The translations under genes were made by a program, and so were the position numbers. The notes beneath the pieces are model-generated. The model ran no database searches. It worked only from the letters and a program-made list of their open reading frames with translations, and had not been told where the DNA came from. Shown here piece after piece: positions 1 to 13,700 of a stretch of 64,000 bases of DNA (its first letter is position 1; each line of letters starts with the position of its first letter). Source of the DNA: Bigelowiella natans CCMP2755 (taxonomy: Eukaryota > Protista > Cercozoa); contig ADNK01001154.1 in assembly GCA_000320545.1 (NCBI GenBank), forward strand, positions 1 through 64,000, read 5' to 3'.

Positions 1-584
1 GAATGATGGTGCTGCAGCAGTAGATATATGTGGGGCATAGGCACCGTCAAGAGCACCAAACAGGATCGCATCATACTCATAGACAGTTGTCAATCTGGGA
101 TGCATATTAGGGGCACTTGATAATTACTACTACTTCTACTGCTGCTACTACTACTACTACTGAAATTGGCATTTTCGTGCATCATACACCACAGTTAAAC
201 GGAATGTATAAAGTAAAGTCAAAAATAAATCAATCATGCTACTGAATTGATCCTGGGACTGAAATTGATGTATTCCCCTCCTCATCCGCTACTACTCCCC
301 GTTTGCGCCTCCCCCCCCTCCTTTTTTTTTTCTTCGCACAGCCGTCGCCCTCTTTTTTTTTCCATCGTCATCGTCTTTGGGGGGGGCTGATTTCGTAGCA
401 GCATTTTCTAATGTACTAGTGTCAGAAGAGGGTGGTGCTGTTTTGCTAACGTGGATTTCATCGATGCCGTCGTCAGAGAAGTCGTGATTGCTATGGGAGA
501 CCACTTCACATGTCCCATCAAAGAAATTGAGGAGAAGACGAGGCCAACCCTGCACCATACACACATACGCACACGCATATATAA

Positions 585-633
<49 letters not shown>

Positions 634-2118
634 AGGGGGGGGGGGGGGGCAAACCCATGTCGTGGGGAACAGACAAACAGTCTTTAAACTAGCGCCCTTC
701 GTGCACACAACTTGAGTGCCAAACAACAGTCATTCATCGAGCACCACGTGTGATAAGATCCTGAAATTTCCTATGCTTCACTGGTAGAAGTTTACCGTAC
801 AGTTTCCAGACCAAGTTGCCGCACAAAGCCGTGACGATTTCGTCGTGAACGTCCCCACTGAGAGGTGGAAAATGGCGCCTAGAAGATAACGCACGATGAC
901 AGTTATACTACTAGCTTACTGGCTTGAAGATACGATGTAGTAGTAGTAGTAGTAGTAGTAGTCAGACTGTGCTCATATGTAACTGCAGTACGTGAAAAGA
1001 TGTCAATGGAGAGGATAAGAGAGAGAGAGGGGGAGGGGGGAGGGTTAGATTAATACCGTAATTCTCTTGACGGTTCTCTTCGGTTCTGCTTTTACTACTA
1101 CTACTACTACTAATACTACTACTACTACCATTTTCACTGCTATTTCCTTTGGTGCTGCTGTGACTGCTTCCTTCATCATAAAAGTAACGACGACGAACTC
1201 GATTTAATAATGAAGCTACGGATATCCTCCAAATACCTACTCGAAGTCCCAGAGTGCCACAAAACAAAAGCACACAGGCTGATTCTGCTGCTCCCCCCCT
1301 CCCTTCTTCCTCCTTTCGTTTGAATTCTCGGCTCAATGCTACGACAACGACTGGGTAGTGTTTGTGGAGATGGGCAAGTAGAGGTGTTGCTTGAAGCTGG
1401 TGATGATGACGACGACGATGATGATGAGAAGAATGGAGATGGAGGTTGCTTCCATCCTCCTCCTTGTTCTTCTTCTTTTCTGTACTCTCCTCCCCCTCCC
1501 CCTCCTTGTTCTCTTCATTATCATCAACACATTCCTTCTCATTTCGTGCCGTTCGGGTTCTCTTGGATTTCAGCTGAGTTGCAGCAGCAGTAGTAGTAGC
1601 TTGTTTACTACCATGGGAGAAGGAAGAGGAGGTGGTGGAAGGGAGGAGGGGCAGGATGAGATTGAGAGCATACAGCTCCACTCCATTTCTCCCACCAATC
1701 GCAAGTAGATAATAGCCTGAGGATCGAGGACCAAGGGGAGGGAGAGGAAGAGAATCCTCCTCCTTCTTCTCCTCCTCCTTCGTCTTCATCTTCATCTTCT
1801 TATCGTTCTTCACATGTGCAGCAGCAGCCAATGCATTAGATCTTTCCTTAATAGCAGAGTGCATTCCCTCGTTGTCCTCATGTCCTCCCCCTTTTCTTGT
1901 TACTGCATTTTCATCAACTCCTTCTTCATGCTTAATATCCGGATGATCAGCCCCCCCCCCCGTCACACAATTGGATGGTTTTGTTGTTGTCGGTTCTGCA
2001 GCAGCGGTGGTTATATGGGTAATATCGACGTCCGTTGGTGATATGGAGGTGGAGATTATTAGATCGGGGTTGAAAAGGGAAGTGAGCGGGCGTGGCACGG
2101 TTGCTGTCCTTGATGGCA

Positions 2119-2152
<34 letters not shown>

Positions 2153-2276
2153 CGATCCGGTCTCCTTCTTGGTCGCACTAGTCGTTGACATGACAGTGAC
2201 GAACACCTTTACGGATGTCTGTTGTTGAGGAACATATAATAAAATACAATTATGTCATTTTGTTATGTTTGTGGTA

Positions 2277-2315
<39 letters not shown>

Positions 2316-2321
2316 GAGAGG

Positions 2322-2357
<36 letters not shown>

Positions 2358-2873
2358 AAGTGTGTGCTTGTGTATATCGAGTATTGATTTCACTAAATAT
2401 GCATAATGGGCGAAGAAAAATATGCACGGCTAAATAGAAAGTTATCGAATAACATCTTTGCTATTTTCCGTGATTAATGGTGACAACCGTCGTTGCAACG
2501 ACGAAGAGTTTTCCGTCGGGTGACCAAGCTTGACTGACGGGTCTTTCTCTAATAGTAAATACAATTTTCCCCCAAAATAATCAAAAAAAATGTTTACGTG
2601 CAACGGTAATAGAGGGATGGAGGAACCTCATAATTCATATCGGTTTCAGCTGCGGGGCTCTCAAGAAGAACTCGTTAATACGACTTCAAAAAACAAAGTC
2701 TTCTTAAAACACATACATATAGTATACTTGCATTATTACTCAAATTTCTCCGGGAACTGCATGAGGTGCTTCTCACGAAGCTCCAGTCCTACCCTCCCCC
2801 CTGTTCCGTTCTTCGTCTCTGCCTTCCGTCTCTTCCGTGCAAACCGCATCAATCCTACTTCCCATTCTCCCAT
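1..2873 (-). CDS. Multi-exon WD40/beta-propeller-like protein with low-complexity inserts; 3' end runs off the window, start uncertain
   Basis: Minus-strand exons translate to ERPVSQAWSPDGKLFVVATT (~2490-2548), LLAIGGRNGVELY, LLFCGTLGLRVGIWRI and DAILFGALDG, all WD-like strands. Exons contain poly-S/E/H tracts. Confidence 0.5.
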
Positions 2874-3641
2874 CACGCTCAAATTACAGGTTCCTAAAGG
2901 ACAGAAAGATAGAAGGTAAGAGTCTGGGCAGCAACCAGATTGAGAATGATACAAATTTGAACATTATTGCAAGGCACCCTACAGCCCCTTCCCGCCCTTT
3001 TGCTTTACACGTGATGTCAAATTCCAAGCCACCATACATACGTACCTTTCACTGACTCATCAGCAGCTCTTTCGTTTCCATTCGATGCGCACTGAGAAGC
3101 AGCAAGGCAACCATGCATGCTCGCAGGCCCTATCCCAACCATAATCGAAGATCCGTCATCGTAGGAGCCCGACGCCATTGTCCCGGTTTACGTATGACGA
3201 ATCCAGGACAATTTCTGTCTAAACACCGGCGAATTCATTGTCGCAGGATAACGATTTGGAACCCTTTTATACCAATCGGAACGAAATTTCACCAGTCTTT
3301 CATCCCAAATGAGGTTGGCTTCTGAGTGGAGGATAAGCACGGTTATTTTCCATTGCGACATAGGATTTCATGTCGCATCTTTAATTAGGGATGTGTCTAC
3401 GTCGTCTGCGACGGTTGCAGAGAGGAATCGGCTGTTGGAAGGAATAAGTGGGATGTTTTCAGCACCAACTTCTTCCTACTTGCCTGCATCCTGTTTCTGC
3501 CGAACCATCCGAGAAATTTCAGAACCGCAATCGTTCGTACCTTTCAGGTATTTTCGGGATAAAATCATTGCCAAAATATGGACAATGCAGCCAAAGGCTG
3601 CCCTCCCAAAGAGCGCAATTGTGCTTTGAGGCAAAGCTACA

Positions 3642-7584
<3,943 letters not shown>

Positions 7585-8209
7585 CATTGTTTAGAAGCAA
7601 AATCCACGATACGGTGACCATGCCATACAATCGAATGTTTGTGCAGCATAAGCGCTCGGTGTGCACTGATGCATGTATAAAGCTGCATTTGCATGCATAA
7701 GCACGCTAAATACGTAGTCCAGTCTTTGCAGCAGGGCAAGCAATACATAGTGCTTGCATGTGGCGATAAGAAGGCATGTTGATATCGACGTACATGCCTA
7801 GATGCCACGTGTCGATCGCATCGAAGAAACCAGTATGTATGAGATAAAACACGTGCGCACACGCTGTCACATCGGCTACTCATTTGATTCGTCGATGATC
7901 TTGTACATACGCACGAAGATGCTACTAAGACGCACATCAATGGCGCGCCAATGAAGCTAGAGATGTGTGTCTCATGCACTTGTATAAATAAATCATAAAC
8001 TGCAGCTCTGTTTTAGATTATGCTCTTGCTATGGCCACGTACTCTGCACGCGCGAGAGAGCGTATGCATGTACCGCTGAAGGGCCTGATCACGAGAGACC
8101 GGTTACTTCGTAGCAGTTATTGCAGCAGTGCTCATGACGAACAAGCTGTGCCGCATCATAACATATGTGCGCGTAGTTTCTCATTAATCTTGCTATCGTT
8201 ATCATCTCG

Positions 8210-8268
8210 CGTAAATTCATCGTTCTCAATAGCACATTCCCGTAAATTCATCGTTCTCAATAGCACAT
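8210..8268. repeat. Short tandem duplication (28-bp unit, 31-bp period)
   Basis: CGTAAATTCATCGTTCTCAATAGCACAT at 8210 and 8241. Confidence 0.9.
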
Positions 8269-8384
8269 GCGGCACCAATGACGCATGCACGTTGTGATGG
8301 TTGATACTCGTGCGGCTGTGCTTAAAACGATGCAATATCGATCGAGAGTCTATACAATAATTTGGTGAAGCTAAGTATTCTACA

Positions 8385-9920
8385 CTAACCGGAGCCTTTG
8401 CTATCGTGCCGACGGAATGTCTCTAGCATGTAAGCGACTGCGATAACAGTAATGTAAAGAATCTCTAGAACAAGTGTTCGGTCGATCCTCCTGTCAAACA
8501 GAGTGATTCCATTCGGATAAGAAAGAAGGCTCAGAAATGTCTGCAGCCTTTGTACAGTCCTCTGATCAACGATACTTCGGTTTGCTTTACTAGTGCTAGT
8601 TCCTCCGTCATTTCTTCCACCGCTGAGATTCGTAGCAGTGTCACCATTCTCCTTACTATCGGTAAGGAAAATAAGCTCACCGGTGCAAAGGCGCAGCCGC
8701 ATGGTGTGAGCAACCATGCGCCACTTGTGCGTGTTTTCAGCAGCGGTCGATAGAGCGAGCAATGCGATGATAAAGTAATGAGCTTCGTAGATGAGGAAGA
8801 AGAAGTCATTCTTCGGATCTAGACTATTGTAGGCAGTCAGCACTAGCTGCACAGTAAATGTGATAATCGGCACCGCAATAAAGCCCAGCACACTCAACCA
8901 CCATCTCTCCATCCCCTCCAGCATGTACGCGTCCACCTCTATGAACTTCCCCATAACCCATTCGATGCGGCATGTTCCAAGCTGTGTCTGGTCGTTTAGC
9001 AACTCCATCTGGTAGCGCACGCGCCGTAGGTCGAGGAAGAAAATCTCCACAACCACAAACACAATGACCAAGCGGAGGAAGAATGTGATTCCGAGCAGCA
9101 CGAACCATGTCTTCAGCCAGAGCGTGAGATGAGGAAAAGTCGGACGAGAAAGCAGCCAGAATAGATACACGGCCTGCAGAAGGAAAGTACAAATGACTGA
9201 GCGGATGAGGATTTTGTTCGCTTCTTGCACCCATAGGTCTCTTGATTGAAGATCTGTAACCACATTCCGCACACACCGCTGCCCGCCAACAGTTCTAGAC
9301 CATAGAAAGCACAGCACCGGTGGTAGATTGCCGCAGGTATAATATATCCACAATAGCGGACTATCAGGATACGATGAGGTGAGAAATTTAATGTAGAATA
9401 CGTAGGGAAGGGCGAGGAAGTAGTTTGGACTGATCAACCATTGAAAGACGCTACGCAGATTATCTTGTCCACGGAAGCCTGTGTCAGAGATTCCCAATAT
9501 AACGTCAAACAGCAGCACGATGAGCCTGTTACTATGGAATGGGGCGCGATTTGAACTTGCTATAGCTGTGTGAGACCGATCTCCAGACACTGCCATTGGT
9601 GTAAGATCGGTTGTGAACGCTCGGCGTTTGTTCGTGGAAAATGAAGCGGGCGTTGCCAGGTCATGCAATCCGATACGTATGGTTCCCTCCTTCTCCTCAT
9701 GCTCCAACTGTTGTATTCCGGCCTAAAAGATGTTCGAGAGAGGGATTTAGGGATAGGGCACATGAGAGCGCAGCGCAAGGGAAGTTCTAAGCAGTCGTCT
9801 CGCACGATTAAAAAGGGAAAATACCATCTCTTCCTTGGGATGCTTGGTAGGGCTCCCGAATGCATCCTTCTCCAGTTGGGCATAGTCCACACTCGAGGAT
9901 AGACGGGAGGAAGCACTCAT
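8385..9920 (-). CDS. Seven-transmembrane ion channel (7TMIC) / gustatory-receptor-like / DUF3537-like membrane protein; 2 exons (intron 9723-9824)
   Basis: About 7 hydrophobic helices. LLALSTAAENTHK resembles DUF3537 L.SAAKITH. C-terminal RLQTFLSLLSYPNGITLFDRRIDRTLVLEILYITVIAVAYML resembles the TM7 motif GIT.F...DR. A phase-0 GT-AG intron joins MSASSRL...KEEM to AGIQQLEHE. Confidence 0.7.
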
Positions 9921-10025
9921 AGCTTCTCCGTATTGCCAAGTCCTCCGCCCCCTGAGTGACACCCTGTGAGCAGTACTCGTAGATCTAGGTCACAAGGATG
10001 TTGCAATGAGCGTTATCAATGCATG

Positions 10026-10150
10026 GAACAAAATGCCCGTTAGTGACCGGGATCCCGAATGGATTCATCCGGGTTTTTGAGGTGTTTTGGACAAATATGC
10101 CCACTCCTGATGAGAATCTTGGACAAAAATGCCCACTTTTGGGATCCCCG
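10026..10150. repeat. Cluster of short direct repeats, possibly the subterminal region of an old transposon
   Basis: TTGGACAAAwATGCCCACT twice (~10087, ~10119), a variant GAACAAAATGCCC at ~10026, and GGGATCCC twice. Lies at the edge of the TpA-free domain. Confidence 0.4.
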
Positions 10151-10416
10151 GGGATTGGATGGGACAATTCTGGTCAGGCTTGTCGCAGGGAGAAAAACCT
10201 GCCTCTGCACCCCACCTGCTTGCTGCTGCGGGGGCACTTCTTCACTCAACTTCGATTCGTCTTGGTCCTCTGCTGTGCCCACCACCCTGCTCCTGATCAC
10301 GAAGCTCTGAGACACGATTGGTGGTGGGACAGGCAATCCTTGATCACCCCCACGTGGGGTTGCAGGTCCTGCGGGTTCCAACCCAGGCGTGTCCTCCTGT
10401 GGACGAGCAACGAGGT

Positions 10417-10742
10417 TGTTGCGCGTAAGGTGTTCACAGGCCGAGGCGCTACGTGCACAAGTAGGCAGGGGGGGGGAAAGGCACGTTTGCTTCCTTTTGA
10501 AGAGTTGTGTTTATTTTTATTAAAGATTATATTTTTATTAAATCGTGCACTGCGTAATCATTCGCGAAGCTTTCGCGAATGCCGCCGCACGTGGGGCAGC
10601 ACACTTCCGGTGTGCTGCCATGAGTCCCGCCGGAACCCACGTGCCTATGCTGTATTAATATCTACGTTATCTATATTCTATATCCGCGACAACCCCTTTG
10701 TTGTCGCACGTGACTTGTGCCCGCGTAGTGGTACGCGCTACA
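10417..10742 (-). repeat. 3' LTR
   Basis: Matches 15807-16132 except at 10556 and 10571. Imperfect terminal inverted repeat TGTAGCGCGTA...TACGCGCAACA on the element strand. Confidence 0.97.
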
Positions 10743-10750
10743 CCTCCCCC
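10743..10750 (-). promoter_or_regulatory. Polypurine tract (plus-strand priming site)
   Basis: GGGGGAGG immediately upstream of the 3' LTR on the element strand; a further purine run lies at ~10763-10790. Confidence 0.8.
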
Positions 10751-10793
10751 AAGTCACGTTGCTCCTTCCTTCCTTCCTTATTCCCTTAGACCT

Positions 10794-13700
10794 TCATCGC
10801 TTTCGGAACTTCACCAACCACCAGGTAATAGATTCCTCTCTAACCTTATCTCCTTTGTCGCTTACCCAGAACTCACCTTCGTCCTTAGGTTCGTGTCCAT
10901 ACCAGCCCTCTGCATCAAGGTCCCCCAGGACCTTATACCAGTGCTCAAAGGGTAAGTCGGGAACAGCTAGGTAGAGTAGCTGATATTTTCCGTCCTTTAT
11001 TTTCATAGCTACCCTCTCCATATTTCGTAATCCAGGGTAGCCTAGATAGACAATCTTCATGCGCCAATCGTCGTTCACCCTGACCTTATTGTTTCCATAT
11101 TCCACATCGAACTTAGGTCGGGGTCCTAAACAAGGCATTGCTCGCTCCCACACAGTAGGGTTTACTTTAACATCCTCTAGGAGCTTCTCACCGATATCAT
11201 AATTCTTTAGGTGACTGATGTGGCGCAAGGTGACCCTGTTCCCATCATAGATGTAGTACTGCTTCCTCCCCTTCCTCTCGGTAACCTTTGCAACGCCACC
11301 CCAGAAGGGGTCTTGTTTATTTCTCGATCTCAGATTTACCTTGGCCCTAACATACTGTCCTTCCTTTAGAACTCGGCCATCGTACGGGACCTTCTCGTCT
11401 TCGCTCTCGGTATCGTCGTCGTTGTCGTCGCCTTCTTCCCTCTCCTTATCCTTGATACCTCCCCCAGACGTGAAGGTGTCGTTTACTAACCCTTGTATCT
11501 TGTCTGGTGTGGTGCTATTTATCCTGCTTAGGTTGGCCAAGGTGCGGTGGAGTCGCTCTACCTTGGAGTTGGACTGGGCATAGTATACAGGTGAGGCATC
11601 AATATTAGGGTGTGGTAGCTGTAGAAGAGAGGTCTCATTATCCACATGTAACTTCTTTGGTATCTTGTTTATGCTAACTTCATCAGGGATAGCCTGGAGC
11701 TCAGACTCCCAGGTACGGTAGCAGTTAGTAAGCCTCTGCTTATATAAGCCTTTGTTCTTCTTAGCAACGTTGACCTTGATAATCTTTTTAACCCAGCACT
11801 TTCCAGTGGCCACATCAACGAAGGTAAGGTAGTGATAGCCATCGTACTTATAAACATCAATTTGCACGATATCTAAGAAGTTCCTTGCTTTGATTTTCTT
11901 AGATGCACGGCTCTTGCTGGACTCCTTGGTGGCGACGCCTGCCGCCTTCAAGCTGGAGCACCTGCAGCCACGCAGGTATGTCCTTATCTCTTTTAGCTTG
12001 TAGGGCCAGTAGTAATGGTAGAGTAGAGCAGTGATATGGTTTTCTCCTACGTGTGCAGGTCCATGGGCGGTAAAGAGAAGGGCTCCCCTGGTCCGCCGTG
12101 GCACGTAGGTACGCCTAACATTATTAGTGTATACATATATCCTATCACTAAGTACCTCATGCTTGTGTTTGTATTTATCCAGGTGTTCTTGAAGGTGCTG
12201 GAGCTCCTCTGGCTCAGGCAGGAAGTCGCCGTCCTCGAAGGTAATCGCGTTAACCATAGGGGTGACCTGGGTAGGGACTTTCTTTTCGAACAGCCTGCTG
12301 AAATAGTCAGCAAGCTGCTTGTCTCCTGGTGCGTAGACCACTGTCCTCTTGTCCCTAAACTCTTCCGTGTCCGCCCTCATAGCTGCATACTCATCGTTAG
12401 GCGCTTCGAGCTTGCGGTCGATGCCTAGGAGGGGCTTGTGGTCAGTCATTAAGGTGAAGCTGGGCACCGACAGCAGGTAGTATCTTAGTTTCCTCTGCGC
12501 CTCAGTCATGGCTTTATACTCTCCTTTTGTAGGGCTGTACTTGGCCTCAGCTGCTGTGCAGGCCCTGCCCCACACCCGTATGATCTGCTGGTCTTGGGTA
12601 AGTACAGCAGCCATACCTAGCTTAGACCAGTCTGTCCATAGGGTAGCTGGTCTAGTAGTGTCTAGCTTAGCATTCAATAGGGTGTTGCTGCATAACTTTA
12701 TTAGGTTATCGAAGTGGGCATCAAGGCCAGCCTTGGCCCACACCTTAGCGAAGCTGAGGCCTACAGAGTTCTCCTTCCGGTAAGCAGTAGTAAAAGCAGC
12801 TGCAGTCCTAGCGTAGGTAGGGGAGAACCTACGTAGTATCCAAGCTGCAGTCTGCAAGAATGACTTTAACTCCTTTGCATTCTTAGGTTTAGGGGCTTGC
12901 TGTAGTGCTGCTACTTTCTCGGGGTTTGGGGTGATGCGGCCTTGCTCCAGGTAATATCCACACCACTTGATTCTTGTAGCTAGGAATGTACACTTCTGCA
13001 GTCTAATAGTAAAACCGAAGTGTGCAAACCTAATAAATATATTTTCCAGGAGGAAGATCTGAGCGACGACTGTGTTGGTACATATTATGTCATCATCCAC
13101 ATACACAAACACAAACACCCACAACACAGACGCCATCCCATCATGTGTGTATGCCCTGTAGTTCTGACTACTGAACGCATCCCCTGATATGCTTAGGCCG
13201 TAAGGGAATACGACGAAGTGCCACTTCCTGTGCCTGCTGGAGAACGCGGTAATGGGGCGGGAGGTTTTGTGGATGGGTGTCTGCATGTATGATTCATTTT
13301 TATCTAGGGAAGAGTAGTATTTGTATCCTATGACGTGTTCAATAACGTCATCTATCCTTGGTGTAGGTGTCTGGATCCTCTTTATTACTCGGTTGTGGCG
13401 GATGAAGTTGTGCGCCAGGCGGAAGAAAGGGTAAGTAGGTTTCTTAGCTAGCACATGTCTCACGTTCCATGGTGAGTTGCTTGGCTCTATCTTCCCTTCC
13501 TTTGCCCATTCATTGATCTGCCACTCTATCTTTTCCCAGTCCGCTTCCGGTCGCCTATGTTCTGGGTCATTGATGATGCACTCTTCGTATCCCTTCTTTA
13601 GCTCGATCTTTACTGGGGTAAGCTTGCTGGAGGGCTTCGTCGTCGGCTTGGTGATGTCAGAGTACTTCTCGTTTAATATTTTATTAATGTACTTTTTGCC

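Noticed and set aside
10413-10416. Extending the LTR to include AGGT, or a 5-bp TSD
   Set aside because: The third copy is preceded by CAAC, fixing the boundary at TGTTG; 5-mers GAGGT and AGGTG do not match, so the TSD is 4 bp.
10019-10789. 256-aa + strand ORF and its near-copies at 15790-16188 and 45988-46440
   Set aside because: Antisense read-through of the LTR plus stop-poor TA-free flank; the shared peptide simply reflects the LTR repeat.
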